This document shows, in pieces, positions 22,153 to 34,011 of a stretch of DNA of 64,000 nucleotides. The translations under genes and the position numbers were made by a program. This DNA comes from Candidatus Parcubacteria bacterium (GTDB lineage: Bacteria > Patescibacteriota > Minisyncoccia > Phycocordibacterales > JAKAEA01). The stretch is from assembly GCA_963806325.1 (NCBI GenBank), contig CAWDXL010000002.1, positions 128,802-192,801 of the forward strand. Reading direction: 5' to 3'. Numbering within the stretch: the first letter of the stretch is position 1; each line of letters starts with the position of its first letter. The notes under the pieces were generated by a model, which had not been told where the DNA came from, searched no databases, and worked only from the letters and a program-made list of their open reading frames with translations.

Positions 22153-23470
22153 TGCCTAAAAATGATAATGGATTAAGGTATGCACTTAGCGCGGCGACAG
22201 GCATTGTATATGTATGGCCTTTACATCCTTTGCTTGCAAAAGAGGTAATTTCAGTGCCGTCTGTTGCATAAACACCGAAATGAAGATGTGGACCGGTGGC
22301 GTAGCCTGTCATTCCACTGAGACCAATAATATCACCAGTTGATACCACTTGTCCTGTGGTCGCCTTGATAAGTGAAAGGTGGGCATACATCGTGGAAAGG
22401 CCGTCAGCATGTTTTATCATGACCCATTTGCCAAATGATGCTCCCGGACAGGTGAGATCGGTGTTGCCGGTGCCCAATACAACACCAGCAGCTGCAGCAT
22501 GCACTGATGTGCCGATTGGCACCCCAATATCAAGACCGTCATGTCCCTGTCCGCTATAGAGCTGGCTATGTGTTCCTGCAAAAGCTGTGTTGCCAAAATA
22601 TTGTGTCACAATATGTGGACTTACAGGCCATGCAAGTACTCCTGCCACTGCCCCCGGAAGACTGCTTGGGTTGACTGTTAAATGGAGCTGTGCCTGATAC
22701 TGATTAAGCTCAGTTTCAAATTCTTGCTCACTTAGCTTTTTCTGAGCAATTATTTTCTGATATGCACTTTCTTTATCTTTGGTAGCGCTTAAGAGGGCGG
22801 CTTTCTGCTGTTTAGTGAGTTCGATTGATGTTTTTTGATCAGATAGCGTACTTGCCAGTGTCACCAGGCTTCCCTTTTGGACTTGCGTTTGATTTTGATT
22901 GACGACAAGATCTTTTTTTAGCCCTTCAAGCGTGTCGAGACCATCTTTCATGCTCGACTGAAATTCTCCAATTGTTTCAAGTTCATCTGAAAATGTCGAT
23001 AAGCTTGAATTTAAGAGAAAAGTTTCTATAAATGGCTGGCCATCATCCTCATTAACTGTTCTCATTGTTGATCCAAGCGCACGTTGATCATCTTTAATTT
23101 TAGTTTCTTTATCGCTGATGCTGAGAGCGAGTTTTTGAATGGTTAGATTTGCTGCATCAATTTGGGCTTGTGTTAATTTGATGCTCGTACCGATTTTTTT
23201 ACTGTTAAGGTCTAGGCTTTTTACCGCATCCTGAAGTGTTTTTGCCTGAACGGTTGTTGTTGCCAGAGCCGATTGATATTGGCTTATTTCCGCCTGAAGC
23301 TGCTGAATGGTGGCTGTGTGATCATTAATCTTGCTCTGAAGATCATCGGCAGTATCAGCGTGTACAAAGATCGGGTTATATAGCCACCAGAAAACAAGCA
23401 TTATTCCACCTATAAACACTCCCAAAAAGCATACTGATTTTTTAATCATACCGTACCATAAATATACCAC
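22130..23470 (-). CDS. M23 peptidase with long coiled coil (EnvC/MepM-like)
   Basis: HDGLD, YAHL and TGPHLHF motifs. Confidence 0.9.
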   Translation of the reverse strand: MVYLWYGMIKKSVCFLGVFIGGIMLVFWWLYNPIFVHADTADDLQSKINDHTATIQQLQAEISQYQSALATTTVQAKTLQDAVKSLDLNSKKIGTSIKLTQAQIDAANLTIQKLALSISDKETKIKDDQRALGSTMRTVNEDDGQPFIETFLLNSSLSTFSDELETIGEFQSSMKDGLDTLEGLKKDLVVNQNQTQVQKGSLVTLASTLSDQKTSIELTKQQKAALLSATKDKESAYQKIIAQKKLSEQEFETELNQYQAQLHLTVNPSSLPGAVAGVLAWPVSPHIVTQYFGNTAFAGTHSQLYSGQGHDGLDIGVPIGTSVHAAAAGVVLGTGNTDLTCPGASFGKWVMIKHADGLSTMYAHLSLIKATTGQVVSTGDIIGLSGMTGYATGPHLHFGVYATDGTEITSFASKGCKGHTYTMPVAALSAYLNPLSFLGNDYTTDL

Positions 23471-23489
23471 AACTTATGGGGGTGCTATA

Positions 23490-24617
23490 TTACTTCTCGT
23501 GTTTTACGCCAATTTCAAGAATTTGCTCTGCGATAAGATCAGCGGCATCAGTGCGAGCAAAGCTTTTTGCACCAGCAATCATTTTTTGAATAATCTCAGG
23601 ACTTGTTAAAATCCTATCGATTTCAGAAATAATAATATTGGCAGATAAATTTGCCTCTTCTATAATGACTGCTCCACCAGCATGAGCATAACCATAAGCA
23701 TTTTGCCGCTGGTGATCTCCGTTTGAATCGGTAATCGGAATAAGAATCGCAGGTACCGCCCAAGCGGCAATTTCAAAAATAGTCGATCCGGCACGTGAAA
23801 TGACGAGATTGGCTGCGCCGGCAGACATGCGGAGTGCGAGCGTATTGAGCGTGTCAAACGGCCGATAGCGTGATGCGTACTGGCTCTTGTGGAGCACAAC
23901 TTTGGCCATGCCCACCATGAGCTTTAAATTATTTTTTCCAGTTTGATGGATCACTTGATATTTTTCAACGAGTCGCGGCAGCGCTTCTATAATTGCGTCG
24001 TTGACAATCTGGGCACCCTGCGAACCGCCGAGAACCAAGAGTACCGGCACCTCGTTTTCAAGTTTTAAAAATTCATGTGCTCCTTCACGGACAGGGTGCG
24101 TAAGCTCTTGGCGGATCGGATTGCCGGTGTACGCCACCTTTTCTTTTTTGAAGAATTCTGCAGCCTGAGGATATGATACTGCCACTCGATCGGCAAATTT
24201 TCCGGCCCACAAATTAACGCGGCCGGGTACGCTGTCGGATTCATGAATCACAACAGGGATCCTCAAAAATCGGGCCGCACAAAGAACGGGAAAACTGACA
24301 TACCCTCCTTTGCTGAAAACTACGTCCGGATATATCCAGTAAAGCGCCCACGTAGCAGTAAGTATTCCCCATCCTGTCTGAAAAAAATCAATAATACTCA
24401 ATAGAGAAAAATATCTTCGAAGCTTTCCGGCTGGGTTTTGTATAAATAAGATTTGGTTGTCGAACAGAAGATTTTTATCATAAGGCTGGGGAGCCATGTA
24501 ATAAAGTTTTACATCAATAAGCCGATGTTCTTTGGTAAGTTTCCGGAGAGATTGAGCGACGGCGATAATCGGATAAAAATGTCCGCCTGTGCCTCCGCCA
24601 GTGAGAAGGATTTTCAT
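23490..24617 (-). CDS. murG: Lipid I GlcNAc transferase
   Basis: GGGTGGH, KGGYVS, GGSQGA and HQRQNA motifs. Confidence 0.97.
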   Translation of the reverse strand: MKILLTGGGTGGHFYPIIAVAQSLRKLTKEHRLIDVKLYYMAPQPYDKNLLFDNQILFIQNPAGKLRRYFSLLSIIDFFQTGWGILTATWALYWIYPDVVFSKGGYVSFPVLCAARFLRIPVVIHESDSVPGRVNLWAGKFADRVAVSYPQAAEFFKKEKVAYTGNPIRQELTHPVREGAHEFLKLENEVPVLLVLGGSQGAQIVNDAIIEALPRLVEKYQVIHQTGKNNLKLMVGMAKVVLHKSQYASRYRPFDTLNTLALRMSAGAANLVISRAGSTIFEIAAWAVPAILIPITDSNGDHQRQNAYGYAHAGGAVIIEEANLSANIIISEIDRILTSPEIIQKMIAGAKSFARTDAADLIAEQILEIGVKHEK

Positions 24618-24632
24618 ATTGAGGTGATTATA

Positions 24633-25733
24633 CTACAGCTGTCGACTCTTTGAAATATTAAGAATAATTCCTACTTCAGCAAGTCCAAAGAGCATCGCTG
24701 TGCCTCCTTGGCTGACAAAAATAAGAGGAATGCCTGTAAGCGGCAAGACACCGAGCATTGCCCCTATGTTTATGAATGACTGGGTGATAATAAGGGTTAC
24801 GATGCCAACCGCAAGTGTACAGCCAAAAATATCTTTCACATGCGCCGCTACCCGATATCCGCGCAAGGCAAAAAAGAGAAACAAGAAAATGAGTGTTGTA
24901 GATCCTATAAATCCAAATTCTTCTGACGCTACGGCAAAAATAGAATCACCGATTGGTTCGGGCAGAAAATTAAACTTTTGAATGCTTTGACCAAATCCTC
25001 TTCCTGCCACGCCTCCGGACCCTATTGCAATAAGAGACTGCTGAATTTGATAGCCTGATCCTAATGAATCACGTGATGGATCGGCAAACGTTAACAGTCG
25101 GGCCATGAGGTATGGTCTTGTGTATGCAAGACTCGCAATAGTAATTGCTGAAATAGCAAAAAGAAGCAGGATGTAGCGCCATTGTCCGCCGGCAGCAATA
25201 AACATAGCAATGAGTGCCAAAAAAATAACCATGAATGTACCCGTATCGGGCTGCTTCATAATCAATATTCCCGTGACTCCTAAAATAATATAGAGCGGGA
25301 GCGCACCTTTTTTGAAAGTTTTTACCTTGTCTTTAACTGTTGCGAGCCACGCAGCAAAATACATAACAGCACCAAGTTTCAGAAGTTCTGCTGGTTGAAA
25401 TGTGTAGCGGCCTCCGATATTTATCCAGCGCCGTGCGCCGCCGTGAGCGAAACCAATTTTCGGCAAAAATACCAGAATACATAATATGAGCGACGCAACA
25501 AAAAAATGAAGAGCATACCTTCTCCAAAAGGTATACGGAATGCGAGTGCCGATGATGAGAATAATTCCACCGGCAACAAACCCGACTAAAAATTGTTTGA
25601 GTGTGACGCTCGAATAGCTTACTCCTTCGCGGGCAAGCAGACCCATTGAGGCAGAACTAAAAATAAAAAAGCCGGCAACAAGGAGTGTTATCGTAGAGAT
25701 AAAAAGTGTTTTATCAATACGTTTAATTTTCAT
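24633..25733 (-). CDS. ftsW: SEDS peptidoglycan polymerase FtsW
   Basis: GARRW, QPAELLK, GYQIQQS and GIPLIFVSQGG motifs. Confidence 0.93.
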   Translation of the reverse strand: MKIKRIDKTLFISTITLLVAGFFIFSSASMGLLAREGVSYSSVTLKQFLVGFVAGGIILIIGTRIPYTFWRRYALHFFVASLILCILVFLPKIGFAHGGARRWINIGGRYTFQPAELLKLGAVMYFAAWLATVKDKVKTFKKGALPLYIILGVTGILIMKQPDTGTFMVIFLALIAMFIAAGGQWRYILLLFAISAITIASLAYTRPYLMARLLTFADPSRDSLGSGYQIQQSLIAIGSGGVAGRGFGQSIQKFNFLPEPIGDSIFAVASEEFGFIGSTTLIFLFLFFALRGYRVAAHVKDIFGCTLAVGIVTLIITQSFINIGAMLGVLPLTGIPLIFVSQGGTAMLFGLAEVGIILNISKSRQL

Positions 25734-25780
25734 GGTCGCAATAAAAAACAAAACTCATCTTACTACTATACATCACTTTG

Positions 25781-26854
25781 CTATTTTAACATTGCCAAAA
25801 TCATTCCGAGGGCTGCGAGAACGGTGCCGATGATCCAGTAGCGCATTGTTACTTTTGCGGCCGGCCAGCCGAGCGCTTCAAAGTGATGATGAAGCGGTGC
25901 AACGAGAAAAACTTTTTTGCCGTGCCGGAGTTTTTTTGAACTCAACTGTATCATCACCGAGATGGAGGTAATGATGAGAGGAAATGCGATTACCGGAAGA
26001 ACGAGCACCCCATATCCTCCGCCAAGTGAGTCAGTCATGAATGCCACTATGACAAGTGTAATCGTGAGACTCATACTGCCAGTTTCGGACATGTAAAAAC
26101 GTGCCGGCGGCACGTTGAACCATAAAAATGCGAGAATTGCTCCCACAATAACAGCACAAAATGCAGCGAGATCAAGCTGATGCTGATAGAACGCAATGCC
26201 GCCGTATGCAGTAAAAGAAGTTGCAAATACTCCACCAGCGAGCCCGTCGAGGCCGTCTATCACACCACCAGAGTAGAGAAGCAGCATGATGGCTACAAAT
26301 ACTGGAATGAAGAAAATACCAAGCGGTAATGCGTGATTGAATGGCAAGCCAAGGGCAGAAACACCAAGCTTATCATAAAACCAGAGGGCGCATACGGTGC
26401 CAATGCATCCGACCATAATGAGACGTTTTTTGAGAGAAAGACCGCCTGCAATATGGTCGTGCGAGCCTTGGATATCAAGATAATCATCAACAAGCCCGAC
26501 GGCCGCACCGAAGAGAAGTGTAAATAAAGGAATGAGCGTTTGGCTGCGGCTGAGAAAATCAAATTTTTGAGCGAGGCTAAACGGGAATATTTTTGATACA
26601 ATCCAGAAGCCGGAGATTGTAATAAAAACGCTCGCCCAAATAATAATGCCTCCCATTTTTGGCGTACCAACCTCTTTTGTTTTGTGGAGCTCGTTGAAAA
26701 TAGGAGTGGCACGGCCGTCAGGCGCCACTTTTCCCGCTTTCTTTTTCCAGAGCTCATTTTTATATAAAATGCTCGATACGGCCGGGGTCAATATAATGCC
26801 GATAACAAATGCGATTGCAGCAGGAATAAAAAGTTTGAGAAGATCTAGATTCAT
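25781..26854 (-). CDS. mraY: Phospho-MurNAc-pentapeptide transferase
   Basis: GTPKMGG, DGLDGL and APLHHHFE motifs. Confidence 0.96.
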   Translation of the reverse strand: MNLDLLKLFIPAAIAFVIGIILTPAVSSILYKNELWKKKAGKVAPDGRATPIFNELHKTKEVGTPKMGGIIIWASVFITISGFWIVSKIFPFSLAQKFDFLSRSQTLIPLFTLLFGAAVGLVDDYLDIQGSHDHIAGGLSLKKRLIMVGCIGTVCALWFYDKLGVSALGLPFNHALPLGIFFIPVFVAIMLLLYSGGVIDGLDGLAGGVFATSFTAYGGIAFYQHQLDLAAFCAVIVGAILAFLWFNVPPARFYMSETGSMSLTITLVIVAFMTDSLGGGYGVLVLPVIAFPLIITSISVMIQLSSKKLRHGKKVFLVAPLHHHFEALGWPAAKVTMRYWIIGTVLAALGMILAMLK

Positions 26855-26859
26855 ATTGA

Positions 26860-27798
26860 TTAATTATTGTTTGCCAGCATAATGACAGAGGTAGTGGCAA
26901 GCTTGCCGACATCGGCAAATCTGTCTTCATAGGTTGAGCCAAGTACTACGATGACGAGCTCATTGTCGGGGTCTGCCTTAAAAAGAACCGCCAAATTTCC
27001 CCCCGCAATATCAGTATACCCTGTTTTGCCAATGATGAGATGTGGAATCTGTGCAGTAAGAATATCGGTGTTGTTGCCTGTATGTCTAAATCCACTTAAT
27101 GATGTGGCTTCTACATGAGCACTGGCTGTTGGTCGGAAGATATCAAAGTCGTGCATATCGGCATAGAGAAGCATAGTAACCACATCACGGGCCGACGCAA
27201 ATGCTCCCGCGTGGGTCGCATCAAGATCAAGGCCCGTGGCATTATAAAACAAGGCATGCTGCAAGCCGATTGCGGAAGCTTCTTTATTCATATCAATCAC
27301 AAATTGCTGTCGGCTCGTATCAGGCGTTGTTCCCATCTCATGTGAACCAAGAGATGTGGCAACAGCGTCAGCACCGTCATTTGATGAAACAACGAGCGAA
27401 AATTTTAGGAGATTCTCGAGTGTCCATTTTTCATTAAGAAATAATCCTGTATCGCCATCCTGTGCAAGATTTTCATTCCGAATGGTGACTATAGTAGATG
27501 TCGGAGCAAGAGTTGTCGCAGTAATTGCCGTCATGATTTTGGTGAGCGACGCGAGCGGCATGGGGGCATCAGCATTTTTTGCGTAAAGGACGGTATTGCT
27601 TGTCATGTCATACACAATGGCTGCGCGGCCAGTAATGCTCAATTTTGAAAAAAGATCAGTCGGAGCCGACTTGGCACTTTCAGCTACGACCGTAGTTTTT
27701 GTGTTGAAATAAAAGGTAGTCAAAATACCTGCAATACATATAACGATGCATGTCACAGCGACATATATATAGTAAAAATTACGCTTCTGCCGCGTCAT
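26860..27798 (-). CDS. D-alanyl-D-alanine carboxypeptidase (S11)
   Basis: ASLTK (SxxK), SSN (SxN) and KTG motifs; N-terminal TM. Confidence 0.9.
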   Translation of the reverse strand: MTRQKRNFYYIYVAVTCIVICIAGILTTFYFNTKTTVVAESAKSAPTDLFSKLSITGRAAIVYDMTSNTVLYAKNADAPMPLASLTKIMTAITATTLAPTSTIVTIRNENLAQDGDTGLFLNEKWTLENLLKFSLVVSSNDGADAVATSLGSHEMGTTPDTSRQQFVIDMNKEASAIGLQHALFYNATGLDLDATHAGAFASARDVVTMLLYADMHDFDIFRPTASAHVEATSLSGFRHTGNNTDILTAQIPHLIIGKTGYTDIAGGNLAVLFKADPDNELVIVVLGSTYEDRFADVGKLATTSVIMLANNN

Positions 27799-27799
27799 T

Positions 27800-28333
27800 C
27801 TATTTCTCTGATTCATTATTGTGTGTATCAATTTCCGCCCGTACCTCGGCATATTCGGGCAGCTCATCTATTGTCTGAATTCCTAAATATGCAAAAAGCT
27901 CAAATGTTGGCTTGTACAAAAAACTCCGCTCATCGTTTGGATTGGGAACTTTTTCAACGAGCCCCCTGACAAGCAAATTTCGCAAGATAAAGTTTGAGTT
28001 GACCCCTCGGATATAATCAATCTCCTTTCTTGTGACAGGACCTTTATAAAGCACAATAGAGAGCGTTTCGAGTCCGGCTTTGCCGAGATCCTTCGTAATT
28101 TCTTCTTTTGCAAGTTTCTCTATAAGTGGAGAAATTTCGCTTCGCGTGCCAAGCACAACCTCGTCTTCTTTGACAATAAGCTGTACTCCTCTTCCATCCA
28201 ATTTTTTTTCGAGATTAGCAACACCTTCTTGTATGTCATTTTCAGACACTTCAAGAATTTTTGCGAGTGCTCCGAATGTCATCGGTGCACTTTTCCAAAA
28301 TAGAATGGCTTCAATCTTTGCGTCGAGAGGCAT
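27800..28333 (-). CDS. scpB: SMC-Scp subunit ScpB
   Basis: LETLSIVLY.GPVTR.EI..IRGV motif. Confidence 0.95.
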   Translation of the reverse strand: MPLDAKIEAILFWKSAPMTFGALAKILEVSENDIQEGVANLEKKLDGRGVQLIVKEDEVVLGTRSEISPLIEKLAKEEITKDLGKAGLETLSIVLYKGPVTRKEIDYIRGVNSNFILRNLLVRGLVEKVPNPNDERSFLYKPTFELFAYLGIQTIDELPEYAEVRAEIDTHNNESEK

Positions 28334-28350
28334 GTAAGTATATTAACTCA

Positions 28351-29082
28351 TTATCCATACTTTGGCACTCCTATATCCTGTGTTTCGATATTTATATCTT
28401 CAAATTCTTTTTCCTGCGTCACGGAAATCATGCCTTGCTTCACAAGCTCAAGCATGGCGAGAAAGCTGACGATAATATTTACCTTTTCAACTTTCCCCAC
28501 CCCGGCAAAATCCTTAAAACTCATCTTGAGGCTTGTCTTGATGCGCTCGGTAAGATTGCCGATCATTTCTTCAAGGGAAATGACTTTTTTGATAACTGCT
28601 TTCGGCACCAGCTCCTTTTTTGGAATTGCTTTAATAACGTCCTTAATTGCCTGTACAAGATTTAAAACCGTCATTGACGCATCGGGTGAAAAAATAGGCT
28701 CTATAATCCTGTTTTGGTTTTTTTCAAAAATAATATTTTTGCCGAATCTTTCTTTTATGTGTACGGAAAGTTCTTTTATTCTTTGATATTGTTTGAGTCG
28801 GTATTCAAGATCCTGAATACTCTCCTCTTCTTCTACGGTAAGATCAAGCGCAGGCAGAAGCGATCGTGATTTTATGAGTAGAAGCGTCGATGCAATGAGG
28901 AGAAATTCTGCACTTTTGGCAATAGGAAATCCTTCGTGCTGACTGAGATATGCAACAAAATCATCTGCTACTTTTGAAAGTGAAATATCATTAATAAAAA
29001 ATTTTCGTTTTTCAACAAGGCTTAAAAGCAGCTCAAGCGGCCCTTCGAATACTTCTGTTTTTATGCTGAAATCAGACTCCAT
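28351..29082 (-). CDS. scpA: SMC-Scp subunit ScpA
   Basis: FEGPLELLL and FLAMLELVK motifs. Confidence 0.95.
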   Translation of the reverse strand: MESDFSIKTEVFEGPLELLLSLVEKRKFFINDISLSKVADDFVAYLSQHEGFPIAKSAEFLLIASTLLLIKSRSLLPALDLTVEEEESIQDLEYRLKQYQRIKELSVHIKERFGKNIIFEKNQNRIIEPIFSPDASMTVLNLVQAIKDVIKAIPKKELVPKAVIKKVISLEEMIGNLTERIKTSLKMSFKDFAGVGKVEKVNIIVSFLAMLELVKQGMISVTQEKEFEDINIETQDIGVPKYG

Positions 29083-29174
29083 AAGGATGTACGGTTATTG
29101 TATCACGATAAAAGGCTGTTCCGGAGTGTAAATCCAGGACAGCCTTGTTGTTGAATTGCCGTGCTTGTCAAACT

Positions 29175-30491
29175 TTATTGCAGAGGCGGATCAATCATGT
29201 CTGGCCGGAACCACCGTTCAGCCGGCTGATATTGGAGCGTTTGCCCATGAAGGTATGAGACAGCGAGATCATTCTCACCATCTGGACCGGCAGCCCGGAA
29301 AAAATTGGGTACTTTCCATGGCTTGCGAATATAGCGAATTACCCGCTTGGGATATTCGAGATCAAACAGCATAGTGGCACTCAATCGGACGAACATATCG
29401 AGATTTTCCAATGTTCCGTGCCGAGCAAAGAGATCGACAATTTTTGGCATTGCGACTGGAATGTTGAAAAGTCCAGCGCAGCCGCACGGTGAATACTTCG
29501 CTCGTTGTACTGCTGCTATAGCTGGCGCCTCAAAGACTTTGACAATATCAGCGATGGGCGGAAAAGCAGCGTGGAATGCACTATCGTTACCGTTCATGAT
29601 TCGGGGATTTCCGCTCATAGCAATAGCAGCGAGCTCAATCTCATCTTCAGGCTCGCGCAAATGCGGCCGGCAAAAATTCTCTGCTTCGAGGCCAGCGCCG
29701 CCCATCAGCTGTTCAATACTTGAAGTAATGTGCTGGACAGTGAGTGAGCCGTACACATTACTAGAAGCGCCCAATACTGCACGGCCGGTAGACCCGAGGC
29801 TCATGTGTTCAATGACTATGCGCAAGCCCAGAAAGCGCCGGGCAATTCCCTCGAGCACACTATCAACGGCACGTGATTCCCTATCCCTAAGAAAAATCTT
29901 TTTGCCTTTTACAGAGCTGAATTCGCAGTGTACCTGCAGAATCATACCAAGATTTTGCATCTCCTCGAAGAGGTAATCGTAATCCCCGTGGAGAAACTTG
30001 TCGATATTCAAGCCGTCATGAGCATTGGTTGTGATCTCGGGGCCGCCTTCGGTGATGAAATAGATTTTTGCTGATTTGACGCCATACCTCGTGACCGCAT
30101 CGCGAATTATTTCGCGTGTTGTTCGTGCCGTGAGCTTGATTGTCCGGATAACTTGAAAGCCGGAAAAACCTGCGGCGATTGCCGCACTTTCAATGTTGAG
30201 GGCATAAACCTGAGCTTGTGCGCCTGTCTCGATTGGCCTATTTGAATTAGGCATTGCCTGGCCTACTCCATAATAGGCCGCCGTCCATGGAGCAAGTAAT
30301 CTGTGCTGCCACATCTCGCGGAAATGTCCGTGCATGTCAACGCCTGCACATTGAAACACTTCTTCCGGCATGCTTGTATCGTTCATTGCGCTTCTCTTTT
30401 CTACCCGCTTGAGCGGATGGTTTGAGTCAAAAAACATGTTATCTGCGCTAGTTTTAGCACAAACAACGTGTTTTGTCATCGGTAGTTTCAT
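29175..30491 (-). CDS. pyrC: Dihydroorotase, class II-like (start uncertain)
   Basis: DMHGHFR, AMPN, KIY, HCE, EH, FCRP and GNDSAFH motifs. Confidence 0.7.
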   Translation of the reverse strand: MKLPMTKHVVCAKTSADNMFFDSNHPLKRVEKRSAMNDTSMPEEVFQCAGVDMHGHFREMWQHRLLAPWTAAYYGVGQAMPNSNRPIETGAQAQVYALNIESAAIAAGFSGFQVIRTIKLTARTTREIIRDAVTRYGVKSAKIYFITEGGPEITTNAHDGLNIDKFLHGDYDYLFEEMQNLGMILQVHCEFSSVKGKKIFLRDRESRAVDSVLEGIARRFLGLRIVIEHMSLGSTGRAVLGASSNVYGSLTVQHITSSIEQLMGGAGLEAENFCRPHLREPEDEIELAAIAMSGNPRIMNGNDSAFHAAFPPIADIVKVFEAPAIAAVQRAKYSPCGCAGLFNIPVAMPKIVDLFARHGTLENLDMFVRLSATMLFDLEYPKRVIRYIRKPWKVPNFFRAAGPDGENDLAVSYLHGQTLQYQPAERWFRPDMIDPPLQ

Positions 30492-30510
30492 TTTTTACTC
30501 TGCCGTATCT

Positions 30511-32317
<1,807 letters not shown>

Positions 32318-32404
32318 ATATGCTTTAATATAACACTTAAAGCTCCCTTTGCAGGAGCTTTAATTATACTAATACTACGTGCGGATGAGCTTTTGGTAAC
32401 AAAA

Positions 32405-33754
32405 CTACTCCTTTTTTGGTTCAGCTTTTGAAAGCAGTGTGTCGATTCGGTTGATGTCTCGAGGAAATGGTGTGGCTTCTTTGACATTTGCCAGATTAAG
32501 CATGCGAGCCGTCAAACGTTCAAGTCCAGTGGATGAGCCACCATGCGGGGGCATGCCATACTTGAATGCTTGGAGATAAAAAGAAAATTTTTCAGGATCA
32601 AGGCCTCTTTCTTTGATTCGTTCAATAAGATCTTCATAATTATGTATTCGCTGACTGCCGCTGTTGATTTCCAGTCCGCGGAATAACAAGTCGAAGCTCT
32701 TTGAAAACACAGGATCAGCTTCATCTGCGTACGTATAGAACGCGCGTTTTTTTGTCGGAAAATGAGTGATAAATACAAAGTCTGAGCCCTTCTCTTTCAA
32801 TGCCCATTCGCATATTTGACGCTCATGCTCAGGTTCCATATCCAATTCACCGATAGCTTTTCCTCCGAATTCTCGTTCAATTATTTCTTGCGCTTCGCGA
32901 AGTTTGAGGATTGGAAATTTGTCACCAAGCTGTGGAACAGGAACTTTCATTCTTTCAAAAATATCTGCATGTTTTGATCCAACTTCTCTAACCACATCAC
33001 GGATGACATTTTCCAAAACCTTCATTACATCGAGATGGTCTTTGATAAATCCCATTTCGAAATCCATCTGTGTAAGCTCACTTAAATGGCGTGTTGTGGC
33101 TGATTTCTCTCCACGGAATATTTTTGCAATCGTAAATGCTCGCTCAAAGACTCCTACCATGATCTGTTTGTAGAATTGTGGGCTGGTAGCAAGAAATGCT
33201 TTGGCACCATAGAGATATTCAACTTTAAAAGCTGCCGACCCTCCTTCAGCATCTCCTCCTACAAGCGCAGGGGCTTGAAATTCTGTAAAGTTTTGTCGGC
33301 GCAGTGATTTTCTATACTCATCTACGAGAGCTGCCTGCATCGTGAAAATATCCTTTGCTCTATCTGTACGAAGCGTTAGAGGTAGATAATCAAAATAGGT
33401 ATCAAGATTTACTTCCGTATCTTTTTCAAACGGCAACTCTTTTGCTTTTGAAAAAATAGATATCTTTTTGATTTCAAGCTCTATACCTCCGTTCATTTTT
33501 CCCGCCTGAACATTTTTTTCCGGACGCTTGTTGACCATGCCTTCTACGGATACTACCCATTCTGGCCGGAGTTCCTTGGCTACTTCAAGCGCTTCTTTAT
33601 GCATCGGCAATACGACACCCTGCACTTTGCCGGTCATGTCGCGAAACTCGAAGAAAACCATTTTCCCTTGGTCGCGACGCACGTCTACCCAGCCCGAAAT
33701 ACTCACTTCTTTTCCGACGTACTCCCTCAAATCTTTTATATATGTTCTTTCCAT
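32405..33754 (-). CDS. aspS: Aspartyl-tRNA synthetase, short non-discriminating (archaeal-like) type
   Basis: OB fold, LATSPQFYKQ, FRGEKSATTRH and PPHGG..GLER; no bacterial GAD insertion. Confidence 0.9.
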   Translation of the reverse strand: MERTYIKDLREYVGKEVSISGWVDVRRDQGKMVFFEFRDMTGKVQGVVLPMHKEALEVAKELRPEWVVSVEGMVNKRPEKNVQAGKMNGGIELEIKKISIFSKAKELPFEKDTEVNLDTYFDYLPLTLRTDRAKDIFTMQAALVDEYRKSLRRQNFTEFQAPALVGGDAEGGSAAFKVEYLYGAKAFLATSPQFYKQIMVGVFERAFTIAKIFRGEKSATTRHLSELTQMDFEMGFIKDHLDVMKVLENVIRDVVREVGSKHADIFERMKVPVPQLGDKFPILKLREAQEIIEREFGGKAIGELDMEPEHERQICEWALKEKGSDFVFITHFPTKKRAFYTYADEADPVFSKSFDLLFRGLEINSGSQRIHNYEDLIERIKERGLDPEKFSFYLQAFKYGMPPHGGSSTGLERLTARMLNLANVKEATPFPRDINRIDTLLSKAEPKKE

Positions 33755-33774
33755 GGCACTAATTTCCGAATTGG

Positions 33775-33972
33775 AGAAACAAAAAGCCCCTCCAAATTCA
33801 TTATTTCTAATAAATTCGCAGGGGCGACTTTGTCGCGGTGCCACCCTGTTTTTTGCTTCATTCACTGCATACGGTGCAGAGCCGGAAGATTCTACTTGTT
33901 GACTGTTTTGCATGTAGCGAAACAGTCAATGTTCTTTCTTCGTCTCGCCGGTGTCAGCCGGGTCATAGATAA
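33775..33972 (-). ncRNA. T-box riboswitch (Asp GAC specifier, ultrashort Stem I) with intrinsic terminator
   Basis: AGGGTGGCACCGCG T-box at 33847-33834; Stem II with AGTA motif; IIA/B pseudoknot; GCCCCT..AGGGGC-TTTTT terminator. Confidence 0.85.
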
Positions 33973-33976
33973 TGAG

Positions 33977-34004
33977 AGTATATATTGAAATGATATACAG
34001 TCAA
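33977..34004 (-). promoter_or_regulatory. Sigma70-type promoter for the T-box/aspS leader
   Basis: TTGACT-N16-TATACT. Confidence 0.65.
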
Positions 34005-34011
34005 GAGATTC

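Noticed and set aside
33755-33913. N-terminal extension of AspRS in the ORF track
   Set aside because: It overlaps the T-box leader and terminator; the real start is more likely 33754
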